From a virus: 64,000 nucleotides of DNA. The notes under the pieces are model-generated. The model did not search any database, was not told the origin of the DNA, and saw only the letters and a list, made by a program, of their open reading frames with translations. Location of the stretch: IMG/VR virus record IMGVR_UViG_3300042898_002099; one strand, written 5' to 3'. This document shows, one piece after another, positions 49,864 through 59,505 of this stretch. The translations under genes and the position numbers were made by a program. The number at the start of each line of letters is the position of its first letter. Position 1 is the first letter of the stretch.

Positions 49864-50877
49864 TTAATTTGGATGAGGAATAGAATCCACAATATTTGTC
49901 AATGATTGATCAAATGTGTACTTAGGTGTCCATCCAAGGTCGTTTCCTATATTATTTATGCTAGGAACACGACTTGTAACGTCTTGATACCCTGCACCGT
50001 AAAATTCTCCGCTAGATTTAACACTAATTGTAGCTTTTTGTTTAGTTAATCCTGCATCTTCTAATTGATCAATTACTTTTAAAGCAACTTCTCTTACAGA
50101 TAGATTATTCCATGGATTGCCTACATTATAAATTTTACCATTAGATATTTCTTCATTTAGAAGAATTTCTTTTAACGCTCCAACGCCATCTCTAACATCT
50201 GTAAAGCATCGTTTCTGATGACCACCATCGACCAATGTTACTTCACCCCTAAATAAAGCATCTCCGATTAATTGTGTAATTAATCTTGAAGAACCTTCTG
50301 ATGTTGCTTCTAATGTATCAAGATAAGGGCCTACCCAGTTAAATGGTCTAAATAATGTAAAGCGGAAACCGTCTCGTTGATTCATCGCAAAGATTACACG
50401 ATCAAGCAATTGTTTGGAGCAAGCATAAATCCAACGAGAATACTTAATAGGACCATATACCAAATCTGTAGTCTCTTCGTCAAACGGTGCTTCACCTTTA
50501 CCATACACTTCAGAAGTAGATGGGAATAAAACACGCTTACCTAATTTTTGTGCCAATTTAATTACACGAAGATTTTCTTCAAAGTCTAATTCAAACACGC
50601 GCATTGGTTGTTCAACATATAGCTTAGGTGTAGCAATAGCAACAAATGGTAATAACACATCGCATTCTTCAATTAACTTATCAATAATATTATGATCTTC
50701 CATAATATTCAATTGATGGAATTCAAAACGATCATCCTGTGGTAACATATCGGTGCGAGTCTTATACTTGTCGACACCTACAATTTTTACATCGCTAAAA
50801 CGATCATCTGCTAAAATCGAATTACTCAAGTGATATCCGATAAATCCATCAGATCCTAAAATTAAAATTTTCATCAT
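49864..50877 (-). CDS. ArnA-decarboxylase-like UDP-glucuronate 4-oxidase/decarboxylase (extended SDR)
   Basis: G..GFIG.HL, VAIATP..Y...P.RVFELDFEENL, FPSTSEVYG, RWIYACSKQLLDRVI and FRPFNW.GP motifs. Confidence 0.92.
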   Translation of the reverse strand: MMKILILGSDGFIGYHLSNSILADDRFSDVKIVGVDKYKTRTDMLPQDDRFEFHQLNIMEDHNIIDKLIEECDVLLPFVAIATPKLYVEQPMRVFELDFEENLRVIKLAQKLGKRVLFPSTSEVYGKGEAPFDEETTDLVYGPIKYSRWIYACSKQLLDRVIFAMNQRDGFRFTLFRPFNWVGPYLDTLEATSEGSSRLITQLIGDALFRGEVTLVDGGHQKRCFTDVRDGVGALKEILLNEEISNGKIYNVGNPWNNLSVREVALKVIDQLEDAGLTKQKATISVKSSGEFYGAGYQDVTSRVPSINNIGNDLGWTPKYTFDQSLTNIVDSIPHPN

Positions 50878-51620
50878 AACCTTTCAAGTCTTATTTTCTT
50901 TTCATTAGAAACAATCTCATTAATCATTTTACTCACGGTGTCTTCACCTCTAGAGGACAAAATAATTTTTTGCTTGTCTCTTTTACTTTTCATTGTCATA
51001 CTGTTCATAGCTTTAGTAATAATAAACTCGCCAGTATATAATTCTGTTTCTATTTGTATTTTCAATCTTCTTTGAAATTGCTTTGAAATGTTTACTGTAG
51101 AAATATCATCTATAATATACTCACCGTATTCATTATGGTATATTTCAACATTTTTGTTTTTTAGATATGAATCTAAAGACGCAATGTGATACAGATATTC
51201 AGAAACAGTATTTCTTTCAATACCCCAATTATAAGTACATTTTATAACTTTGTCAACATCTAAACCAGATGTTAATTGGTCAAAAATTATAGAATATCTA
51301 TGTTGTGATAAAATATATGTAGGTATACCTTTAACAAGTGCAGATGCTTCTTGTTTTTCGGCACTACTTGAAAATCCTTTTTCTACATATATCTTAGTGG
51401 GCTGTAACTCTAAGCAATCTTTAAGATCACTTAGATGTTTGTCTGTTGCAGATGCGATGTAAATAGGTAATCCCCGATATGAGGCTTTTTTAATGGCCTC
51501 TCGGGAATATGTATTTTCTGATTTTTTACTACCAACATAAATGGGTTTAATTCTGTGACTCAATAATTTAGAGCCTAAAACTCCTGCCCATTTACCGGTA
51601 CCATAGATTATTGCATGCAG
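50874..51620 (-). CDS. Divergent Gfo/Idh/MocA-like NAD(P) oxidoreductase (probable CTG start)
   Basis: Extension upstream of the ORF track start gives HAIIYGTGKWA (Rossmann); IAS.T..H and YVEK motifs; GAGGAG 7 nt before CTG. Confidence 0.65.
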   Translation of the reverse strand: MHAIIYGTGKWAGVLGSKLLSHRIKPIYVGSKKSENTYSREAIKKASYRGLPIYIASATDKHLSDLKDCLELQPTKIYVEKGFSSSAEKQEASALVKGIPTYILSQHRYSIIFDQLTSGLDVDKVIKCTYNWGIERNTVSEYLYHIASLDSYLKNKNVEIYHNEYGEYIIDDISTVNISKQFQRRLKIQIETELYTGEFIITKAMNSMTMKSKRDKQKIILSSRGEDTVSKMINEIVSNEKKIRLERL

Positions 51621-52753
51621 AGTATTTCTCCTCGATGTCCTCTACTTACTAATTTAGCTTTAATGTCATCAAATACATTCCATGCTACAACAAAAACAAG
51701 TGCATCTTTATCTAAATCTTCTGGGCTAGTAATTAACTTATCTGTCCCTGGGAAATAGTAGCCTTGTTTTAACTCATTGTCGTCAACAACACCTGTTAGT
51801 TTAGAATTAACTAAATGTAATGTATATAATGATGTTACTGCTTTTGCGGCCGCACCATAAGCAACAAAAGGTCTATCATTTAATAAAGCTTTCATTCGAT
51901 CTTCACGATCAGAGTTATATTGCTCTACATCTTTTTTAGTTTGTTCCCAATCTACATTAGGCTTAACAACATCAGAAACGCCGCTCAATTTTCTAGCATA
52001 GATCCTAAAACTAACACCATGGGTGTTAATTGCGATATGTTTTTCTACAATTAATCCAGCGCGCTCTAAAAGTTTAGAGAATGAGTATGGGGAATAGTAA
52101 TCAATGTGTTCGTGATAAACATTGTCTAAGAACTTTCCGCTTAGAATACCCGACTGGTCACCACACTCTACAACTAATACGCCACCTGGTTTTAACGCAT
52201 TTGAAATAGCTTTAACAACATCTAATGTGTCAGGAATATGTGCAAGTACATTGTTTGCCAGGATAAAATCAAAGTTGTTTTCCCATGCTTGTGTTTTAAC
52301 TAAAGATGTAGTAAAGAAATCTGTAATTACAGGAATATTTTTACTTGTATGTTCTTCGATTAAATATTCGGATGGCTCAACCCCGACAACTTCCATGCCA
52401 TATTCTTCTTTAAATTGTTGTAGCAAATAACCATCGTTGCTACCAATCTCAAGAACTTTATTTGCACTACCTGCCCCATACCGTGTACAAACATTTTCAG
52501 CATAGCTTTCAAAATGTTTTCTAAATGAAGCTGATACTCCAGATTTATACTTGTATGTTGAAAATACGTGGTCTGGGTCTGGAGCAGATGCCAATTGCAT
52601 ATGACCGCAATCAGAACAACGATTTAGTTCTAATGGGTGTCTGTAAAAATCTGGTTCAGAGAAAAGAGCATTGGCTACCGGAGAATTCGGTAATGCTAGC
52701 CAGTGCTTTAGATCATTACTGCCGCAACAACGGCAAACATCATACTTCAACAT
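51608..52753 (-). CDS. NDP-sugar C-methyltransferase
   Basis: Zn site CRCC..C..C, EIGSNDG, NV.AH, YHEH..Y, HG.S.R and YGAAAKA motifs. Confidence 0.9.
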   Translation of the reverse strand: MLKYDVCRCCGSNDLKHWLALPNSPVANALFSEPDFYRHPLELNRCSDCGHMQLASAPDPDHVFSTYKYKSGVSASFRKHFESYAENVCTRYGAGSANKVLEIGSNDGYLLQQFKEEYGMEVVGVEPSEYLIEEHTSKNIPVITDFFTTSLVKTQAWENNFDFILANNVLAHIPDTLDVVKAISNALKPGGVLVVECGDQSGILSGKFLDNVYHEHIDYYSPYSFSKLLERAGLIVEKHIAINTHGVSFRIYARKLSGVSDVVKPNVDWEQTKKDVEQYNSDREDRMKALLNDRPFVAYGAAAKAVTSLYTLHLVNSKLTGVVDDNELKQGYYFPGTDKLITSPEDLDKDALVFVVAWNVFDDIKAKLVSRGHRGEILCMQ

Positions 52754-53135
52754 ATTGTTCGTGCAATGGTGCAATTTTTACAATATCTTCATCATATGTA
52801 GTTGCATCTCGCTTGTGTTCTGAGATAACTACCATGATAGAATCAGTTTCAAAAACCATCTCATGGTCAATCATAGGACCCGTCTTGAACATATCACCTT
52901 TGCTATAGTGCTCACGATGGATCTTTGTTTCACCATGGTTGCGCCAGTAGAACATCATTTCACCTGATACTAGATAGCAGGTATGTGTGTCTGTTTTGTG
53001 ATAGTGATTGGCACGAAGTGCGCCTGGCTTAGACCAAATCATTTGGACATTAGCGTCGCCATGTGTAAGGGGGAGAATTGTGCCGCGGTCGTCTGTGTAG
53101 CCTTGCTCAACCGGTACTCGATGTGTTTCTGTCAT
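52740..53135 (-). CDS. Cupin sugar epimerase/isomerase (RmlC/FdtA-like)
   Basis: D.RG.I, RANHYHK and P...H motifs. Confidence 0.82.
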   Translation of the reverse strand: MTETHRVPVEQGYTDDRGTILPLTHGDANVQMIWSKPGALRANHYHKTDTHTCYLVSGEMMFYWRNHGETKIHREHYSKGDMFKTGPMIDHEMVFETDSIMVVISEHKRDATTYDEDIVKIAPLHEQYVEV

Positions 53136-53144
53136 AATTGCCTT

Positions 53145-53687
53145 TCAATTAAATTCATACCAAGATGGTATAGTTCTTTTTTTCCAATTCGCTAAATGCT
53201 TTTTAGCACCTACATAATAATTTATATACGATTGTATTGAGTTATTTTTAACTCTATATTCTTCTGGCATTGCAGGTGTAGGTTCAGTAAATCCTACACC
53301 TTTAGGAATATGTGTTGGTGGCGCGCGTAATGCATCTATTAGTCGAGCAGTCGCATGAATTTTACCATACCTATAAGTATATTCGTTTAATACTGCAATT
53401 AATAATTTATATAACCATTCATAATTTTCATAAGAATGTCTTACCCAAATTGCTGAAGGATGATTGGCATGAGTAGAACGGTACAAAGTATATTCACGCT
53501 CATCGGAAAGAATGTATTTGGTTTGTTTTCGATTAGTTTTACTGACACCCACAGATTGAGTACCATCAAGAATACGATGAGCAGTAGAAAGAAGTTGAGC
53601 ATATTCTAAAATCATTTTAACGACATGCTTGTCGTTATGTAATTCAGCGCAAGTTTTAGGGTCATGATGTAAATAAAAAATATTCAT
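53145..53687 (-). CDS. Pyrimidine-dimer DNA glycosylase family (DenV-like)
   Basis: MNIFYL..CA..H.DKHVVKMILE.AQLL, H.NHP..W and EY..RYGK.H motifs. Confidence 0.82.
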   Translation of the reverse strand: MNIFYLHHDPKTCAELHNDKHVVKMILEYAQLLSTAHRILDGTQSVGVSKTNRKQTKYILSDEREYTLYRSTHANHPSAIWVRHSYENYEWLYKLLIAVLNEYTYRYGKIHATARLIDALRAPPTHIPKGVGFTEPTPAMPEEYRVKNNSIQSYINYYVGAKKHLANWKKRTIPSWYEFN

Positions 53688-53953
53688 AAAGTTTCTATAG
53701 ATTTCAATATGTCTGCAATAATTTGTTTAGACTTATTTGACAATAGACTTGAGGATTTTGCTTCAACCAAAGATTTAATAACTGTCACAGGATCATATGA
53801 CTCTAAAGTTTTATCAGTAACTTTTTCGGGCAAGTTGCCAAAAATATTTAAAGCAATAACTGTCAAAACAATCTCATCCTCAGTATACAGGGGTATTTTA
53901 TACCCTTTAAATAAAGTTCGTTTCTCTGGAAATCTATAAATCTTTGCGATCAT
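53684..53953 (-). CDS. Hypothetical protein
   Basis: Operonic ORF. Confidence 0.6.
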   Translation of the reverse strand: MIAKIYRFPEKRTLFKGYKIPLYTEDEIVLTVIALNIFGNLPEKVTDKTLESYDPVTVIKSLVEAKSSSLLSNKSKQIIADILKSIETL

Positions 53954-53980
53954 AAAAGCACCTTTGCTTTTTATTTATGC

Positions 53981-55306
53981 TTACTTTACAGATTTACTTG
54001 CCTCTGCCGTACTTTTATCTTCACGTAATTCAATAAATCTAGGTAAGAACAAACTCTCACTTTCGCCAGATCGTTCTTTAATACGTGCATTATAACGTAC
54101 AGTAATAATTTTTCCTATTACTTTTTTGTCAAACTCTGCTCGTTGTTCATCCGAATAACCAGAGCCAACATTAACACGAATAACACCGTCACTTGTTTCG
54201 CATACTAGTGCGCCTAAGCGACCTTTGTTTTTACCAGTACCTTCTTCCCAGTCAACTACCATCAGATCACATTCAAGTTCTCCCTTGAACTTAATTTGAT
54301 CTTTAGATCGGCGATCTTCCCAAATACCTGTTTTGGATTTTAGAATAGTACCTTCTTGACCTTCTGCCAAGAACTTCTCAAAGATTTTTTGTGCTTCATA
54401 TAAAGTATCTACTTGCTTAGTCCACACTAAATCTACATAATGTCTAAATTGGTCAAAATTAGATTTAACGTGTGAAATACAATTATTGAGTTTGCCCAAT
54501 CTAACATTGTAGGGCTCTTTGTCAATACCTTGTTTGAATGAAGCATATGGAATAGCATCCCACAATGTAGCTCGTACGTTTTCAGCTTCAGTATTACTCA
54601 TTGTACCTTTAATTGCTTTAGATAAAATGCCGTTACCTGTTTGTCTATTAACTGGTTTACCTGCATAATCTGCAACTAACAATTCACCATCGAATACCAT
54701 ATCATCTTTATAGAATTCTGCCATCTTAATAAATGGTATTGGGAATGATGGATTAGGAATAGTTATTTCCTTACCATTGCGTGATCTAAATTCTACTACG
54801 CCGTCTTTGACGATTGCATTGAATCGCATTCCGTCGAGCTTGAGCTGACAAAGCGCGGGGAGTGCGATTTTGTCGACAAGCTTTTGGTCGTATCCAGAAG
54901 CCAACATAACTGGGTATGTCGAAATAATACCGGGCCAAATTTTATTTGCTGTGGCTTCGGAGACTCCGCAACGGAGGTCTTTTGCAATAACACGCTCAAT
55001 GATTTTGGCATTTTCTTTACTCAAGTTAGATAGAACATTACGTAGATGTGAAATAGCATTGTTGCCTGTTACTGTTCGACTAGACAATAGTGATAAATCA
55101 TCTAATGCCTGTTCCAAAGTTTTGCTCTCTGAAACAAAATCGTAACTTGGAATTTTTCTAATGTAGAATTGAATGAACGGGTCAAGTGCAAGATAGAAAA
55201 CTTGTTTAAGTGTTTTGTTATCTTTGTTTTTAACAAGAATTGCTTCTTTAGCTAAACGGGAATTATCATTTGCTAATTGTTCAAATATATTATAGATCAT
55301 ACTCAT
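53981..55306 (-). CDS. gp30: ATP-dependent DNA ligase
   Basis: KLDG, DGEL, EG.ILK, GSG.SD and LFLPRF..R.DK motifs. Confidence 0.96.
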   Translation of the reverse strand: MSMIYNIFEQLANDNSRLAKEAILVKNKDNKTLKQVFYLALDPFIQFYIRKIPSYDFVSESKTLEQALDDLSLLSSRTVTGNNAISHLRNVLSNLSKENAKIIERVIAKDLRCGVSEATANKIWPGIISTYPVMLASGYDQKLVDKIALPALCQLKLDGMRFNAIVKDGVVEFRSRNGKEITIPNPSFPIPFIKMAEFYKDDMVFDGELLVADYAGKPVNRQTGNGILSKAIKGTMSNTEAENVRATLWDAIPYASFKQGIDKEPYNVRLGKLNNCISHVKSNFDQFRHYVDLVWTKQVDTLYEAQKIFEKFLAEGQEGTILKSKTGIWEDRRSKDQIKFKGELECDLMVVDWEEGTGKNKGRLGALVCETSDGVIRVNVGSGYSDEQRAEFDKKVIGKIITVRYNARIKERSGESESLFLPRFIELREDKSTAEASKSVK

Positions 55307-55326
55307 TTTTTCTCCTTAACAATACT

Positions 55327-55355
55327 ATTATAACACCATATTAAAAAGGTGTCAA
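55327..55355 (-). promoter_or_regulatory. Consensus sigma70 (early) promoter for ligase
   Basis: TTGACA-17 bp-TATAAT with extended -10 TG. Confidence 0.88.
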
Positions 55356-55549
55356 GCATTATATGGGATAAATGGATTAAATTGTGGATTAATTGAAAAA
55401 GAAACCTTATATTTTGGTTCATTCGCAATTACCGTCTTTTTAATCTCTTCGATTTTCTCTAAACTAGCATAAACACCTATAATACCTTTTCGTTTTACAC
55501 GATTAATATTATCCAAATACTTAGCTTCGAGAATAAATTGGTTAAACAT
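55352..55549 (-). CDS. Hypothetical protein
   Basis: ATG at 55549 directly after the dsbA stop. Confidence 0.55.
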   Translation of the reverse strand: MFNQFILEAKYLDNINRVKRKGIIGVYASLEKIEEIKKTVIANEPKYKVSFSINPQFNPFIPYNA

Positions 55550-55550
55550 A

Positions 55551-55829
55551 TTAAGCAGTTTCTTTAGCCATTGTAGTGGTATTAGTAATAGCTTGATACA
55601 TTGATTCAAACTCTTCGTGTTCCTCTAGCTCAAGACTAAAGTTTTGCTTGTGATAAACTCGTGCCATACGACGGAATGTCTTTTTAGACAATAGTTGTTT
55701 CTCACAAATTTCGTTGATAGCTTCTCGAATGAATTCACGTTCGCCTTCGATGCGTGTCATCGATGAACTAACTTCTTTCATGCAATCTAAAATTGCTTTA
55801 CGATCTACTGGGCTGGATGGGATTGTCAT
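55551..55829 (-). CDS. dsbA: Double-stranded DNA-binding protein (T4 DsbA-like)
   Basis: RIE.E.E.I.E.....K...RRMA..YHKQ motif; near rnh as in T4. Confidence 0.75.
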   Translation of the reverse strand: MTIPSSPVDRKAILDCMKEVSSSMTRIEGEREFIREAINEICEKQLLSKKTFRRMARVYHKQNFSLELEEHEEFESMYQAITNTTTMAKETA

Positions 55830-55831
55830 AA

Positions 55832-56599
55832 TTAAGGTTTCCTTTCAATATCATCTTCAATACAATTATCGCCATACTGGATTTCGATAATCTTCAATGG
55901 GACTTCAGCTTCATTGCAAAGCTGATGCCACTCTGTTTTGCCAATATGTAGACTTTCAAATTTCTCATAAGTCCCTTTTAGCTCAACATCTGTGCTTCGA
56001 TTTAAACTATAAACCGTAGCTGTTCCTTCTGCAACGAACCAATGTTCTCCACGATCTTTATGTCGTTGCATGCTTAAACATTTACCAGGATCAACAGTAA
56101 GTTCTTTTAACTTTACTTCCTTGTCTTGTTCGTGTAGTACTCGGTAATATCCCCAAACTCGATCTGTTTTTGGGGCTTTCCATTCTTGAAGAATCCAAGA
56201 ACTAGAGTTCATTTTGTTTTCGCCACCTACACCGAATAAAAATTCTAGGTTATCATCTATAATATCCATTTCCGGGATATTCTCTTTTGTACGGTCTCCA
56301 CCATTAGCAAAAATAATTTTTTCGTTAGGATATATCTCTCTAACTTTACGTATAGCATCCTTAGCAGAGTTATCATTGTCATCGAAGTTGATAACTCTGC
56401 CTATATCTTGTAAGGAAGCAACAATAGTTGCACGCTCTTCCCAGGGCATAAACGGCGAACCTTTTTTACGAGTCAACCATGCATCAGAATTTACACCCAC
56501 AACTAACAAATCGCCTAATTTTTTAGCTGATTTAAAATATTCGATATGACCAGAATGAATTGGATCGAAACCACCTGTTACTAAAACTATTGTTCTCAT
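55832..56599 (-). CDS. Cytidylyltransferase-like domain fused to mannose-6-phosphate-isomerase-type cupin
   Basis: GGFDPIHSGH, ANGGDR, R.WG.Y, SMQRH..R.EHW and IIEIQYG motifs. Confidence 0.88.
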   Translation of the reverse strand: MRTIVLVTGGFDPIHSGHIEYFKSAKKLGDLLVVGVNSDAWLTRKKGSPFMPWEERATIVASLQDIGRVINFDDNDNSAKDAIRKVREIYPNEKIIFANGGDRTKENIPEMDIIDDNLEFLFGVGGENKMNSSSWILQEWKAPKTDRVWGYYRVLHEQDKEVKLKELTVDPGKCLSMQRHKDRGEHWFVAEGTATVYSLNRSTDVELKGTYEKFESLHIGKTEWHQLCNEAEVPLKIIEIQYGDNCIEDDIERKP

Positions 56600-56988
56600 T
56601 AGCGCCTCATACTTGAAATAGATTTTGCCTCATCATCACTAAAGATAGGCACAGCATTGGATTTGTGCATAGTACCAATACCGATAATGTTAGTGCCAGT
56701 ATACTGAGGAATACCCTTAGTACAAACTGCACCACTATGACCGGTGTCTAAACTCTTAATGTGATTGCTTGTTTGCCTGCCCGCAGGAGCAGATAAAGTA
56801 TATGATAAAGACTCGAATGTCTTTTCTACTTTTTTCTTTTGAATTGCTTGCCCGTGTTGAGCAAGTACTTGTTGCCAGCTGCCATCAAGGTCACGAGCAC
56901 GCTTTGCTTCTTCAGCAGAACGATACTTGTGTTTGCCTTTTTTCTTACCGTTTGTAGATAACCAGGGTCCAACAATATGCATTGTCAT
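56599..56988 (-). CDS. Conserved T4-like hypothetical protein
   Basis: YTG..IIGI.TMHKSNAVP motif. Confidence 0.75.
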   Translation of the reverse strand: MTMHIVGPWLSTNGKKKGKHKYRSAEEAKRARDLDGSWQQVLAQHGQAIQKKKVEKTFESLSYTLSAPAGRQTSNHIKSLDTGHSGAVCTKGIPQYTGTNIIGIGTMHKSNAVPIFSDDEAKSISSMRR

Positions 56989-57011
56989 AAAAACTCCATT
57001 ACGAATAATTA

Positions 57012-57040
57012 ATTATAACATCTTTTGACGATGTTGTCAA
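57012..57040 (-). promoter_or_regulatory. Consensus sigma70 (early) promoter
   Basis: TTGACA-17 bp-TATAAT with extended -10 TG. Confidence 0.88.
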
Positions 57041-57167
57041 GTCTTATCAAAAGCCCTAAATTTATGTTCAAGAAACATTCTACTATCGTGATTAGGATCG
57101 TCGGGAATCGTTCCTTGATCTGACCATTGTTCTTTTGGCACAGAAACTGGTTTTTCTTTGAACCAGG

Positions 57168-57659
57168 TCAGGATGCGTTCAAAGAATCCGTCTTTTTTGC
57201 CTTCGGTTCTCCCAATGGCGGAATGATTGGCTTATTAGGCAATAGACCAGGAAAAGCTTCTCTTACCAAATCTTCTTTCAATGATTTGTATTTAGTTTGT
57301 AGTTTTCTATCTTTAGCTAGACACACTGCTTCAGCTTCTGTCCAATGAATGCCTTCAAGCAATTGAATAAACAACTGCTCTTTTCTAGCGCGAGTCAAAT
57401 TAACATCATTTTGTAACCAAATATAAAAACGTCTAAATTCTACATAAAGATTTGACTCAGAATAACCTGCAGGTATAGATGTATCCTTTTTGTAAGGAGG
57501 CTCACCTTCAGGTAAACTCATTTTAACATTTGGATCAAAATTAATTTGCAACATCCCTTTTAGAATAGGATGGTCATATGCTCTTAATGTTTTAATCTTG
57601 GCTTCTTTGGAGCCAGCCTTTTCAACTTCATCAAAAATCTGTGGGATAGATGTTTTCAC
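57168..57659 (-). CDS. Conserved T4-like hypothetical protein
   Basis: LPEG.PPY and E.LFIQLLEG.H..EA....KD motifs; follows rnh. Confidence 0.8.
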   Translation of the reverse strand: MKTSIPQIFDEVEKAGSKEAKIKTLRAYDHPILKGMLQINFDPNVKMSLPEGEPPYKKDTSIPAGYSESNLYVEFRRFYIWLQNDVNLTRARKEQLFIQLLEGIHWTEAEAVCLAKDRKLQTKYKSLKEDLVREAFPGLLPNKPIIPPLGEPKAKKTDSLNAS

Positions 57660-57660
57660 T

Positions 57661-58542
57661 TTAAAATTCCTCTATAACTTCTAGCATGTTCTTCATTTTA
57701 TGTTCAACAAAGAAAGTTAATAATTTACTTTTATCTTTTGTCGGCTTATCGGTATAAGTATTTATAATAGATTCTTTAATTGAAGTTGGGATGCAATCAA
57801 AACTAACTAGTTTGCGATTACGCTCATAATTTGTTTTGAACTCAGCATCCTGTGGCATAGCATCAAAATCTTTATACCATATATCCAATTTATCTTGTCT
57901 AATAGCTTTTTGTCTTGTACCGGTTACAATACTATCATCTGCAGAAAGAACATTGGGGATACCATCACCCTTGTCACCTCGAATAATATGTTCAAACAAA
58001 TATTTTTCTGGGCTAATATCTGATTTTACATATTTCTTTTGAATAGGTGAAAATTGTTTAACATTCTCATATTTTTGCAATTGAATAAAGTCATGATCGC
58101 CTGATAATACTAAGAATGGTTTTGGTTCTGAAAACAATACATTACTAGTATCATTTGTCTGAGACCATTCTGCCAATACTGCAATCACGTCATCTGCTTC
58201 TGCGCCATCGACATTAATTACTTTATATGGGAAGAATACATCAATCTCACTCCTAATAAGATTCAATGCTTCGAAAATTTGTTTCCAATCCAAGCCAGAT
58301 GCTTCACGAGCCTTTTTCCTGCCCGCCTTATAGAACTTAAATGCTTCTCTGCGCCAATAATTTTGATTGTCGCAAGCAATCACAATCTCGCCAAATTCTT
58401 TACCGAATTTTTGTTTATAGCTTCTAATAGAATTTAGAATCATATGACGTAGAAGTGGTACTTGCACCTCGATGTCATTACGGCTGCCAATCTCCATCAT
58501 AAGATTAGAGATGGCTGTTTGATTAAAGTCAACTACGATCAT
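57661..58542 (-). CDS. rnh: RNase H / 5'-3' exonuclease
   Basis: YWRR....YK..R, EADD.I, S.D.DF.QL and GD.GDGIPN motifs. Confidence 0.95.
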   Translation of the reverse strand: MIVVDFNQTAISNLMMEIGSRNDIEVQVPLLRHMILNSIRSYKQKFGKEFGEIVIACDNQNYWRREAFKFYKAGRKKAREASGLDWKQIFEALNLIRSEIDVFFPYKVINVDGAEADDVIAVLAEWSQTNDTSNVLFSEPKPFLVLSGDHDFIQLQKYENVKQFSPIQKKYVKSDISPEKYLFEHIIRGDKGDGIPNVLSADDSIVTGTRQKAIRQDKLDIWYKDFDAMPQDAEFKTNYERNRKLVSFDCIPTSIKESIINTYTDKPTKDKSKLLTFFVEHKMKNMLEVIEEF

Positions 58543-58553
58543 GATATATTTTC

Positions 58554-59501
58554 TTAAGTTAGTTTTACTGTTACACTATTTGTTGGCGGCGTTACTTCAG
58601 TACTGACAGATGCAATGACATTACCGTAAATATCATAATATGCTGCACCCGATTCATTTTGTTGTTGAATCGCTGCCGCATAAACTGACAATGTTTGTTT
58701 AACATTTGATTTTAATGTCAGATCAAATACTTGATTACCGCAACCTGATAACAAATTATAAACAATCTGTGTAATTTGAGAAGTTACTGCACTTCTAATT
58801 GCTGCCTTGTTTACTATTGTATTGAAGTTTAAATTAAATCCGTCGATTGTTGTTTTAAATGTTGCCAAAGCAGTAACTACATCAGCAATACCCAATCCAC
58901 TTGTTAATTTTGCGGTAATAGCATCAATTAAGTCTTTGGTTTTTAATGATTCTGTTAATGCTTTAAGGTCAATATCAGGAACGTCACCGTTAGGTGTACA
59001 TCCACTGCCCAATAAATCTTGTAAAGAACAACCACCGGCATTAGCTGACCCTGAAGCTGGTCCTACTCCCGACAATCTATCAGTATTTGTTTTAAAATCT
59101 TGTAATGCCGTTTTATTAGCAACAAGAGCCGCTTTTTGAGCAGTTAGTGTTGCATCGCCTGGACTTGAAACAAGACCATCATCAACAGTCGCTATCCTAG
59201 CATCAATGCCTGCAATAGCAGCGGTGATAGATGTACCAACTGGATTTTGGTATAGTTGCCCGCCAATTTTTTCCATGACATCTGAAAAATCACTAGCAGC
59301 CGCCTGCGCCGCATTTATAGTTGCGGTTACTTGATCAATTAGTTGTTTAATTTCCAATAACCCAGTTGGTATCAAACCACCTTGAGCGGCCTGTGCTTTG
59401 CCTTGGCTCAACTGAGAATAAAGTTGTTGTAATGGATTGCCGCCTATCTGAGATAAAATAATCTTGATAAGCGAGCAATATGTTAATTTTAACACTGACA
59501 T
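58554..59501 (-). CDS. Hypothetical helical Ala/Gln-rich protein
   Basis: 315-aa ORF with SD GAGG. Confidence 0.7.
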   Translation of the reverse strand: MSVLKLTYCSLIKIILSQIGGNPLQQLYSQLSQGKAQAAQGGLIPTGLLEIKQLIDQVTATINAAQAAASDFSDVMEKIGGQLYQNPVGTSITAAIAGIDARIATVDDGLVSSPGDATLTAQKAALVANKTALQDFKTNTDRLSGVGPASGSANAGGCSLQDLLGSGCTPNGDVPDIDLKALTESLKTKDLIDAITAKLTSGLGIADVVTALATFKTTIDGFNLNFNTIVNKAAIRSAVTSQITQIVYNLLSGCGNQVFDLTLKSNVKQTLSVYAAAIQQQNESGAAYYDIYGNVIASVSTEVTPPTNSVTVKLT

Positions 59502-59505
59502 ATAG

